DNA of 64,000 bases. Origin: Alloascoidea hylecoeti. Lineage: Eukaryota. Position 1 is the first letter of the stretch; each line of letters begins with the position of its first letter. The notes beneath the pieces are model-generated. The model was not told where the DNA came from and ran no database searches. It was given only the letters and a program-made list of their open reading frames with translations. Shown here piece by piece: positions 12,676-24,828 of this stretch. The stretch covers positions 354,613-418,612 of the forward strand of contig BCKZ01000001.1 of NCBI GenBank assembly GCA_001600815.1, read 5' to 3'. The position numbers and the translations under genes were made by a program.

Positions 12676-14699
12676 TTTAATTCGCAAAGGAGTGAGAGTG
12701 ACAGAAACTAGATCTTATATAAGGTTTGATGACTCTTCCACAGCAATTTTTAAAAATCGTACATATGACGACCTTTTATATTTTCAGAATTACAAGTACT
12801 TATAACAAAATCTATGGCCATGAGTTAGTTCCTTAAAGTCCCGATCATGAGGAATGAATATAATGACGTCGACTTATTTCGGATGTATAGTTTTAATATT
12901 AATATTTACGGCTGTCTGATCAATAAATTATACCATCTAACTAAAACACAAACCATTGTAAATTTGAATCTTGAATATTCTATTTAATTGGTCGAGATCT
13001 AATAGTTCCGGAGCTATATTTATAAATTAAAACTATGTATCCACGTGTGGCTTTATAATTATATTACTCGGCCCACAAAGTTTTGAAATATCATCTCTTT
13101 GTTTGAAACATCTGTTGAAAATGGTGTTCTTCAGTTTCAACAAAGCACATTATGGATGCACTTTTCCATTTTTGCTGCTTCCTTGTTCCGGAAGCTAATA
13201 TCGTTTGAAATGGAAAGTGTCTTAAACTTGGTCGATGTGAAAAATCAGCACGGGTACTTGTCCAGATTATAATTATAGCCGTAACTGCCCCCACTCATCT
13301 CTAGATATATTCCCTCATCTTTATGCTAGTTTACTATAAAGTTTATACAGTAATTTTGATACTTCTCCAAATCATCCCGAAGGCTATTAATAGGTGAAAA
13401 GAGTGTATTAATGTTATAAAATTTGTTCTTTCTTTCTTCCTTCCAGATCCCATATTACTTACTTGAATATTATAATATTGGATATACGATGGATCGTTTG
13501 CATGTTGAATGAGCTTGTCATACATCATACATAAATTTAAATGCTTATATTTGGTGATGACATTGTGTTTATTCCGCACTGCTTTGTAATAATATAGTTA
13601 TAGAGTACTATAGGATTAGGATATATTGCAATTGGTTTACATATAAGCCTTATAGAGACCTTGTAGTTGTCTATTTCTATGATGTAATTATATTATTTGC
13701 TTGCACCGCTTATAGCTGACCAGTGACCATAACATATATAAGTGGGGTTCGTCAAGTAATTATAGTAACTAGCTATAGTCAATAATCCATGAAGCAATGG
13801 AAAGCAAGCCCTCTGGCTCAAGAAGTTTATGGAAGTAATGAAATTCTGTAGCTTTATCTTTCTGAGTTTTTAACGAATGCTTTCAGGTTAATAATATTAT
13901 AAGGATAGAGTAGTTTTATATCTGCACTAATAGTATAATTCGCTAGTAGTTTGTTAAGGTGTTTTCTGAAAACACTAAAAGAAGCGCTTGAGCTGCCAGC
14001 AAGTGTCCCATTTGAAGGGACCTAAGAATTCTTAGGACAAACAAGTTGATTGTAACGTTAACGAAGATACAGTAAATGAGCTCGAGTATACTATCCAAAG
14101 ACCTTGTAATTGTATGAAATTCATAATTACGTAGCGAATCATTAATCTTCTTTCATAGTATATTTTAAGGAAAATTGAGGAAGAGGATCCAGAGTATTCA
14201 ATTAAATTACTGCAACTGATGTTTACAAAATGTTGTAGCCGCGGGGTTTCTTGATCAATTACAAGCAAAACTGACAGAAGTACACACTGTATACAGTCTA
14301 GTCAGGTACCCGCTCTGATCCGGGGATCTATTATTTTTCACATCGAATATACAAGTACATGTATGTGCCAATAACTTTTCATCGAATTGCAATAATTTTG
14401 AGTCTCACGAGCTATATCTTACACGATCGCGAGGTTATAGGATTACAAACGACTATGTGATTAATAATAAAACTGCCATAAGATTATTATATCAGAGTAA
14501 AATATAGGTATTAGGTAATCTACAAAATTGATGATTCCGGAGTCTTTGGACAATGATGGTTGGGTCGGGTGGACATAACACCTAAATTTATAACCCTGTA
14601 TTTTCGTTCTCCACACCCTGAAAATGATAATAAGGAAAAAAACTTAAGGTTTCTTGCATCAAGGAACAAATAGTCTATTAAATTTTCTAAAAAATTGTG

Positions 14700-14920
14700 C
14701 TTAAGCCGAATATGTCAGTTTCAAAGATTACTAAAGAGAACAAAGTGCCCCGTCCAACATTTTACTATAGAAAAAATGGCAGACACTCTTCAGCGGTGGA
14801 CGAAATTTGACAATATATCACAGAGGTAGTGGAGGGACGACTTACTAATCTACTGATTTGTTGGGCTGGAATAGCTATGGGAATTGATAGTGAAGCGTTT
14901 TACCATATGGTGGATTAATA
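14700..14920 (+). mobile_element. pogo/Fot1-like transposase N-terminal remnant (psq-HTH + CENP-B HTH)
   Basis: Translates as PNMSVSKITKENKVPRPTFYYRKNGRHS...*QYITEVVEGRLTNLLICWAGIAMG. This matches the S....A..Y.VPRSTL..R..G / LT..EE..L..WI pattern of fungal pogo transposases and has an in-frame stop. Confidence 0.6.
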
Positions 14921-17900
14921 GAGGAAGAAGAAGTAAAACGGAATTTTAAAATTAATATTCAATTATATGGAAATGAAATTAATTTGGAAGTTGGATAGTT
15001 AAAACAAAATAGTTAGTTATAACATCCTCCTAGAAAATATCTTAAGATTAATATATATGAAACTTAACCAAATAAGAAGTAAAATTTATAAGCACATTGT
15101 AAAGTTGTTCATTTTTGAAATTTAATTTAAACAAGTTCTTTTTTCTTCTGTTCCAAAAATTAAACCAAATTTTACCGACAAAACTTGTTCATGGTCTTTT
15201 AGATAATAGGCTCTTGTAATGTCTCTAGTTCTGGTAATCGTGTATCTTTGATAAACATAATTTTTATCCATATTTAAAGAGTCAGGTAATTCAAAATAAT
15301 CAGAAGATGAGTCTTTTAATTTATATTCTGACTGAACTGTATGGGTTACTAATGATTTGTTATTGACATTAGTTTTAACTGAATTCGAAGCTGAACATGG
15401 AAATATTGAAAGAAAACTCTCTCTCTTTGAAAAGTGATTGGGCAGACAGCACGGGAAAAGTGTATATCACAAACTATGGGATGCGATTCTTGTGGGTGTT
15501 TTGGATCATTTTGAATCAATACTTTTGCTCTCATTCTGAAAGCTTCTTATTGATAATATATTGAATTTTTTTCATAGTCGCTGATGTTTTTGTTTCGCGG
15601 TCGGCTACTTCGATATTTTTTACAATTCACAATTGATTTGAAAACATCAGTAACTGACTTTTTCAAACTGCTGTGATTATTTCGTGGTGAAGTTTTTCTT
15701 GCCTTCTTATATTGATCAATTACTGAAATTAAATGAGCTTTTCCATAGTTTTACAATGTATTTAGTAGAGCATTGGTTACTGGCGATAATAGTAAAAAAA
15801 AAGACGTGGAGTGAAGAACCTATTTTTAAACGTTAAATATCATAAACATATGCGCGTTTCAAATAATTAGAACAATACCTTCTTGATAATATGCGCAACC
15901 TATAGAATGGTATATCGGATTAGTTTAGAGTTGCTATTGCTATACTAGAATAGCAGACTGGTAAAACAATTAATAATGGGAAAGTTTTCATGCTGTGTGA
16001 TGGATCAAAACATCCTCAATCGAATGAGATGCCTGCAAGCTCGTCACCTTGTTAGAATGCGTCACTCAGTATTCGGCAGTACTGGTGCTAAAGAAGTAAA
16101 CTTCAAGAAGACAGTCATTTTGACTTGATAAGCGTATGAAAGCAGAAACCATCATTACTGTCTTTTCCTCCAATATTACACAGACCCCTTTAATTCTTGG
16201 ATGATATAGAGTTATCGAGTCCATTGATAAAATGGATTTTCATAGATAAAAATCATTGGAGTGATGTGGGGGATCCTCAAAAATCCTGATTCGCTACCTG
16301 AAATTACGCGCCGGACACAAAATGGAGGTTGTAATGAAGAGTTCTGTACAGAAGCTAGAAGGATCTGAGATCCTCTTTCCTATAAGGATAGTTATTTGTA
16401 GTAATGCAGAAGAGCTCTTAAAGACTCTACGAGATATCTCTGGCGACTGAGCCATTGGAAAGGGGAATGTTGGCAGATGGTGAGGCAAAGATTCTTCAAA
16501 AGAAGGATTCTTAGAAGAATAGGTTGAGAACTGGAAGAAAAATTCCTTACAACACTTTGAGTGTAATAAATATGATATATGGATATGGTGTAAATCAGAA
16601 TACATATATTCAAAAAGAAAAATTAAAGTAGAATTGTTGATCATGGTGAAAATTATAGTTGGATGGTTTAGATTGTGTACAATCGGCCGTCGCTGTCCAA
16701 ATTCACTGTAAATTTATATTACATGTTAGAGTGACAGATGCTAATTTTCTGGCTTGTTCTCTATTATACGGTTACTATTTAGTCTAAGTTAGTGTCCATA
16801 GTTTCTGTTCTCGCTATTCTTCTCGAGACTCGTGGGTCCACAGACTTACACTTAATTTCGGTGGCCATGTATTACACTAAATAATAAGCCATATAATGTA
16901 TTTAATAATTGGTCGTTTCTATGAATAATTGTTGGTGCATGAAAAAGCCGAATACTTCAATGAAAGGGTGGTAAAAATGAAGATGAAGCATTTCATATTT
17001 TAAATAAATATTTCGTATTTATAATGAATTATTTATAACTTTGCAATTTTTAATTGATAACATCAATTGTAAACACCATAAATTGTAAATAATAAAAATT
17101 ATTTAAATTGATATGATCAAAAGGAGTGAAATATAAGCTATAAAATCTCGATTGTAGAAATTATTAACAAGCGAAGCGTAAGTAATATATGATATCGACG
17201 TAAAATTTAACAAATCTATTTAATCTAGTTTAACATGATTATAATATGGAATTAAATGAAAATTTAAATATTTTAAATAAATATTAAAAAAATCTGCATG
17301 CATTTCTTTTAAACCTTGTGTAGTTTTTGTCAATAATCTGGTAACTTTCTAAGATCCATCAATGTTAAATATTAAAAGTTAAACCATATTTGAAATTTGA
17401 TATTGAGAACCATTAATATTAAATATTTTGAATCAAAAAGGAGCTAAAGATTTCACATGTTTAAAGTTTATTAATATCTTTATCAGACTTCAAAAGGATC
17501 CAAAAGGATCCAAAAGGTAATTATATGATAGCCCAGTAGACTAATATCGATAACCCCTTTTCAAAGTATTCACTATCATTATTATGATATCTAGCCAAAC
17601 TTGAGAATTAATATAAATTTCTTTGCAATTGATTTAATGATTAATTTCATATTACTTTTAGTGGAAATAAATTAAAACCATATATTTTCAACCCCTTTTC
17701 CTAGAACCTGAATTGAAAAGAAATTTAAAGATCGTACGATTTTTTATACCATTTAAATGAATTTCCAGGTTCATTTTAAGGCATTTACCAAACATTTCCT
17801 TTAATTTTAAAATAAGTATAAAGTTAATAGTTAGCTAGAACCTAAAATCAAGAAAAAAAGAAGAAGGAGTAAAATAATTAAAATGAAAAGAATGTGAACC

Positions 17901-20900
17901 AGAAAGATGAAGGACCTTAATTTAGTAATTTAAGCGTGGCGTTTCATTTTTGACTTCTTATAAGTTTCTTATCTATCTTAATTAAATAAAATGAAAAAAA
18001 AAAACTTATATAATTATGTGATATATCAATCAATTTGTTATAACGCGGACCCTCTAGATGGACGACAAACTTGGTAAAAAAGTCGCATGTTGTGGTTCAA
18101 TGAAAACAATCAAATATATCGGGCATAATTACTATAAATAAACAATATAAATATGTGGTCGTATATGGGTATATGGTAGTTAAACAGTCAACAATTTAAT
18201 TATAATCATTTTAATTGATAGTTCTCTTGTATATTTTAGTATTCAACTGTTCGGAGATGGTATAGGAAATAAGTCCCATATGCATATGCATAATTCCATT
18301 AATATAATGAGAACATTGAGAAGTCAGTCATGAACATGAAATTTAAAGAGGATAATTAGTAATAAAACGCTCTTATATTAATGTTATAATAATCCATTAT
18401 TTCGTAAAAAGGAAAAGATACTGAAATATTGTTAAATAAAAACGTATATATAATACTTTTAAATAAATAAATAAAATACATAAGACATCATTTAGATTTT
18501 AATATTTCAAATTGCTTATAATTATATAAATTTAAGTTTATTTTGCAACTGTATGTATGTTAATTTGTTAAATAAACGACTAATTATAATATAATTCATT
18601 GGTATTTAATTATATTATTTATTCTATAGGCTCCATTCTAAATTGAGATCCGGGGAAAGTGTTCTCCATCAATTTTCAAAACGTACTTGTATTAAGTTTG
18701 TATCATACAATTGTAATTAACAATCATCAATGGGATGAGAATCTAGAACATGATTCTATTTTTATCTATATAGCTACTCTTTATAAAATAACAGTAGGAT
18801 TATTTACAAGTCTATACGAGTACGCGTATGGTATATGATCATGATATTTAAATGCCGTGAGGATAATAAAGCTAACCATCAAAGATATAAATTAAATAAA
18901 AAACAAAAATAAATATAATGTGATTAAAAGAAATTGTGTGGGATGCATTTCCGGCCTTCAAGTTTAAGAAGCTATCGAGCTTATACCAGTATTAGGAATT
19001 TTTTAAACTGAATTTAGAGATTTGTGAAAATACTCATGATTTATTATGTTCTCATGATATATCTACCGAGAGAGCAATATATTGTTTTAATTAAGGGGAT
19101 GCATTATACTCTATATATATAAATATATCAAGTTTATATTAAATTCCTATTGCAAAGCTTACAATTGATTAGAAATCCACTGTATTTCCTCATCAACAGC
19201 GTTAGCTTTTGATATTAATTGGAGTATTCCATTAAGCCTTGAATTTTTTCACATATTCATTGATTTGTTTTCTATTGTAATTGATAAATATAAACAGATG
19301 CATAATTTCTAGATTAAAATAATATAACACTCTTAAGCTTAATCAGAAAAACCCCCGGAGATATATCCCGAATCTGAATGATGGCATAATAAATTTCCTT
19401 CTATTATATCTTCAAAATATTTATATTTAATTACAAATACGAGTAATTCACTATTTATACAAAAAGTTCCATGATGATAATTAGTAATTATTAAATTAAT
19501 TATAAGAAATAACCGGCCGACCCAAATATCGACTTTTTAACTTTTTAACTTTTTTTTAAATACCTCCTCATCTTCAGTATATTATCCATATGGACATATT
19601 ACAAGTCTTACATGATTGATCGTAGACGTCTACATCTTTTATATGATCACGGTTTTAATGAACAAAGGACTGGAATTATTTCCCTTTTAGGATTGAGAAG
19701 ATATATAATGTATTGTCTTTTGTTTTTCTTAATACGTCATTAAGTCTATTGGAGCTAGAGCTAGGCACAATAACTATTTATAATGTTGGGTTATAACTTA
19801 TAATTGATAGTAATCGCTACGTAATGTTAAATCATGATTAATATATTCTTATACGTTCAAATTTATTAAACCATTCGATATATTTTTATTGTTGTAAACT
19901 CCATCATTTCAATTGAATGGATACACACCCATTTAATGATTTAAAGTGGGCATAGTTTTAATTTTTCGTTAAAAAAGTGGGCCTGAGTTAGCTTATACAC
20001 AATTTATATTAAATAGAATATAATGGTATCATTATTATTAATTTTATTTACTTAAAATTATACCAAGACTTTTATTTTATTTGGTTAAATTTAAAAAATA
20101 AACTAAAAACAACAAGACATATTTGATTATATAATAATTATAATCAATATTCAAATATACAATTTGATTTAACAAATAAACACCTTGGATGTTTATTATG
20201 GAACTTCAAACTCCTCACTGATCATTGTAAAAATTGATAATTATGGTAATGCAATGATTGTATACATTTTTTTTTTTAATAATATGAGACAATTAATTTT
20301 ATCATGATATATATGAAGGTTAAAACGGAACGATATCAATGTCTAGATGATTATAAATATCATTAAATATACTGATTATGTAGCTAGATATGAGATCCAA
20401 AATTAATCCTCCTTAATTACTCTAGATCTAAATACATTAAATTAGCTAAAGATTATGAATCAAACATCCTTAGTAGTCTATATATTAATAATATTTTTGA
20501 TTAAATTGACAATTGACTAGTTTGATTATAGTAAAAAAAGCGGACCAACTGTTTGCTTTCTTTGTTATTTTGTACAGTTACAGAATTATGATATTTTAAA
20601 ACACTCCTTTTTATATTTTCTATTATCATATAAAATAATCAAATTAAAGAAATGTCTCAGCTGCAAATGCAAACAAAATAACTAAAGATACGAAGATGCC
20701 ACCATATAACGTCAATATTACATTACTAATTATAAATGAAACAGATATTTTCATGCTTAAAACTCTATGTTAATAGCTATAAATATGCAATACTCTGTTT
20801 AAGGAACTCTATAATATTAATACTAACCACCTGCATATTACTAACTGGTATGGTGGCGCTATTGAAGTTTTAAAAATCATATCTTCAATTTGCCCACTGT

Positions 20901-22637
20901 AGAATAACTACCATATTCGGCCCTGCACATATACATAATTGCAGTAAATGAATACTCAACCACTATGAATTACTACATATGGTAACAGAAGCTTTACATT
21001 GCATACATCAGAAAACTAAGAATAAGTCCAGAAACTCTAATTGAAATGTATCACCCAAGTGGGTAATTATGCCATGAACATGTGCAGCATATCGCATATA
21101 TTTGCCGTTTATGCATATCTATCCGCTGTCGTGTTTAAAGTCATCTAAAGTTGGTGGTTGGCATGCACAAATCAATTAGATGACGGTTGTCATATAATAA
21201 TTAAACTTTGTTATCGATATCAGATATAAACGTTATCAGATATAACTTATAAGTTATTAAAAGGTGAGTTGTGGTAACTGCTTTCCATGGGTGGATTATT
21301 AAAAATATCAATTGTGATTACCTAGCAATAAATTTAATAAAAGGGAGTTATAAAAGAAAAAAGTAGTAAATTTCAATATTGTCAAAAAATACAAGTAAGG
21401 TATGAATATAGTACGTACTACGTATCGTATTTTGAATATTTGATGATAGTCCGGTTATATTGCTCGTAATTTAGATGCATTTACCAGAGACTGATATAAA
21501 ACTCTAAATCAATCAATCCCTCGGTATCAACATGATATCATAATCATTTCATTAATTATGTATAATGATGAATGGTGGGTATGAGGATTGATTGAAGATT
21601 GCAATGGTTATGAATATGTTTGGATAAAATCTAAACGTAGTAAATGTTTAAGAATCGTATACTTATAATCATAATCACCAAATTTACAATTGCAATCACA
21701 TTGCAACTCATCCAAAACCAATTTTAAAGAATATCAATATGCATGTAAATTACCAACTAATTAAAATGTAAATTTTAAAAAGAAGTTCAATATTCAAAAT
21801 TTACTTACTTTCAATCACTCAAAATTCAAAAAAATAGATTCCCTTTCATAATTACAATGTTTCTGTAATATTCTTATAATTAATTAATTATATATATATG
21901 TTGTAATTATAGTGTACTTGAATTAATACTGAAAGACAAGCGAGATAAGATAAGATAAATTTAAGTCTCAAAAATCTGATAAATATTGATTTAATAAATA
22001 AAACTTAAATGAATGGATGAGGTCTCAAGGAATTGGGGCGTTTATATTTCTTTGATAATGAACATTTAAAAATCAAATTAAAAATGAATAAGAAAGATAT
22101 AAAATGAATGTGAAGGCTGTATATATACGTTAAAAATTAAATTAAGTTTTTATAAACATAGGTAAGATAGTAGTATTAATCAATAATATTTAATTTAATA
22201 AAATAAAATATATCTTTCGTGTTCTTTATTTATCAATTGAAATTATAAAGAAGAGGAAGAAACAAATAGATCAATTGATTTATGAGAAAGGAAAGTTAAA
22301 ATATATATGTATTCACAAATAAAGAAAATGATAAGTTGGCATAAATATAGCAAGGTATTAGAAAGTATCATATTAAGCAAAATCAAAAATAGAAATATAA
22401 AAAAAAAATATATATATGTAACAATATTTGATAATAATAATAATTAATAAGTATAAAATTAAAAAGATGAATATAATATATATATCCCAATAATATTTGT
22501 AAAAAAACAATTGCAAAAGAATAAAAGGTCAAAGCAAAACAAAAAAGCAAAAAGTATTACAGAATTACTTTCTCAATAATTGTAAAATAATGATAAAATA
22601 ATAATAATGGTAAATAATAAATAACAATACTAATAGC

Positions 22638-22679
<42 letters not shown>
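22638..22679. repeat. (AAT)14 microsatellite in the putative long U-rich 3' region of the PUF gene
   Basis: Perfect run counted directly. Confidence 0.95.
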
Positions 22680-22681
<2 letters not shown>

Positions 22682-23166
22682 TAGTCTATATATATATATA
22701 AAAAGAAAAACTTCAAATGAATACATATGTGCGTGCCGTTCAATTAAATGTAATAATAAATAATAAATAACATGAAGAAGAAAGAGAAGAAGAAAGCAAA
22801 GAAAAAGGATAACAACAAGTAATAATGTAAAAGATAGAAGTCATAACATTCCAACAAATGTATAAACAGTAGCAATAAGTAACCAAATTAAAAATGAAAT
22901 GAAACATAAAATGTGAATGAGGGGTAGGAGTAAAGGGAGATATTAATAAATAGTGTTATGTGTAATGGATAGATGTTCAAGAAAAAGGAAAGATAAAGTC
23001 ACAAGACAATAAACGGTAATAACAGAAAAAATTGTATTAATTAGAAGATAATTAATAATCAAAAATCCATGAAATGAAATTGAAGCTCATGAAGTTAATC
23101 AAGAGATGAATATCAAAATGAATATCGAAATCAAAGCAAACCATACACCTTCAAACCAAGTAAAAA

Positions 23167-24828
23167 TTAAATAACAATTTCTTCACTAATAGCAATTAAT
23201 CTTTCAATTGAAGCCAATCTTTTACTTCCATTATATCTTTTTAAATGTTGTAAACATGGTTTAATATAACTAACCAAAACAATTTTTTGATCATAATTTG
23301 AAACTTCTAATAGTTTTTGAATAACATAATTTGCAAATTGATCTTTCATCATTTCATTAATTGGTATTATAGAATTATTATTTGATTGATTAATTGGAGT
23401 TATAATTAATCTTATAAAATCATATAATTGTACTGGTGAACAATACATTATACATTTTTCAACAACATTTGAAGCAAATTTATGTTTCGAATAAATTAAT
23501 AAATTATTCATAATTATATTAATTATTAAATTTTTATAATATAAATTTGATGATTCAACAATATGTTGTATAACATAATTACCATATAAATCTTGAATTA
23601 AATAAGGTATAAATTTTTCTAAATCATTTAAAATTAAAAGTTGATATTTTAATTCTTTACAATTTTCTAAAATTCTTTGAATTATTCTACAACCATATGG
23701 ATTCGTTGATAATTGATAAATATTATTTTTTAAAGAATTTATAATAAATTCAATATAATTCATTGGGATTTTTTCAATTGCTTTTTGAATAACATGATTA
23801 CCATTTTGATCTTTAACCAATTCTAAAACGTGACCTTTTAATTCATTAATTAACAATAATTGTTGTTGTAAAGGAATATATTCTAATATTTTTTGAATTA
23901 CTCGGCATGCATACATTTGAGTTGATAATTGAATAACTTTACCACTAATTTGTTGAACAATGATTGATCTTTGGTTATCATCACCAACTTCAATGAATTT
24001 TTGAACGACATAATTTCCAAAAACATTTGAAATTAAATGAAACAAGTTGTTCACAACTTGTTGAAAGATTAAATCTTTCAATTCTTTATTATGAGTTTGT
24101 TCAAGTTGTTTTTGAATAAATCTTGAACCATATTGATCGGTAGAAAATTCAACTACATGTGAAATAATGTCTTGTAACTGATATTTTTCCTTATTTAGCT
24201 TGAAATCATCCAGTAACGATAGAGAAACGGGAGAAGGGGTTGGAGACCTCAATCTTTGCAAAGTATGCTCGTTTTGGGAGTGTCTTCTTTTCCAGTAGGA
24301 AGGATCTGACAGGTCGCAGTCGCTAATACTGGCATTGAGGTCGTAACAGCTGGATCTTCTGTCGTAGCCGTTTGATAAACTGGTGGACAGACTGGAGGAG
24401 GCCGGGTGTGTGGGTGTGTACAGGGGAGAAAACAGGCTCTCCGAGCAGTTTGAGGAATAGGACACTCTTCTGTCCTTCGCGAGGTCCATTCCGAGGTCCA
24501 GGGTGCCGAGGTCTAGGGTTGGGGACAGCTTGCTCTGTCTCGGGTTGTGGACGTAGTTGTGCATGTCGCCCCGGAGGTCGCCCCGGAGGTCCCCTCGGAA
24601 GTGCCGGGACGCCACGTCGCCGATGCTGGCAAAACAGACGGACTGGGATCTTTCCTTGGATTCGTGGTCCGTGGGGCTGCTGGACCAGATGCTGTTGCTT
24701 TTCGGGCGGAAGCCCCATTGACCCAGGGCAGGCTGGCTGGCCAGGCAGTCCTGGGATGTGTAGGAGTAGTCGTGCGAGACCGAGACCTGCGAGACCTGAG
24801 ATTGTGGGTAAGAATAGACACTGGACAT
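23167..24828 (-). CDS. PUF3: Pumilio/PUF RNA-binding protein, Puf3-type
   Basis: Eight PUF repeats with recognition residues SRFIQ, NYVVQ, CRVIQ, NHVIQ, CRIIQ, NYVIQ, SNVVE and NYVIQ, the canonical Puf3/Pumilio set (UGUANAUA). Ser-rich disordered N-terminus. Confidence 0.88.
   Translation of the reverse strand: MSSVYSYPQSQVSQVSVSHDYSYTSQDCLASQPALGQWGFRPKSNSIWSSSPTDHESKERSQSVCFASIGDVASRHFRGDLRGDLRGDMHNYVHNPRQSKLSPTLDLGTLDLGMDLAKDRRVSYSSNCSESLFSPLYTPTHPASSSLSTSLSNGYDRRSSCYDLNASISDCDLSDPSYWKRRHSQNEHTLQRLRSPTPSPVSLSLLDDFKLNKEKYQLQDIISHVVEFSTDQYGSRFIQKQLEQTHNKELKDLIFQQVVNNLFHLISNVFGNYVVQKFIEVGDDNQRSIIVQQISGKVIQLSTQMYACRVIQKILEYIPLQQQLLLINELKGHVLELVKDQNGNHVIQKAIEKIPMNYIEFIINSLKNNIYQLSTNPYGCRIIQRILENCKELKYQLLILNDLEKFIPYLIQDLYGNYVIQHIVESSNLYYKNLIINIIMNNLLIYSKHKFASNVVEKCIMYCSPVQLYDFIRLIITPINQSNNNSIIPINEMMKDQFANYVIQKLLEVSNYDQKIVLVSYIKPCLQHLKRYNGSKRLASIERLIAISEEIVI

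Noticed and set aside
15120..15180. Homeodomain-like KIWFNFWNRRKK on the minus strand (possible MAT relic)
   Set aside because: Spacing is wrong for WFxNxR, the frame is full of stops, and no helix 1/2 is visible. An adjacent frame is the more open one.
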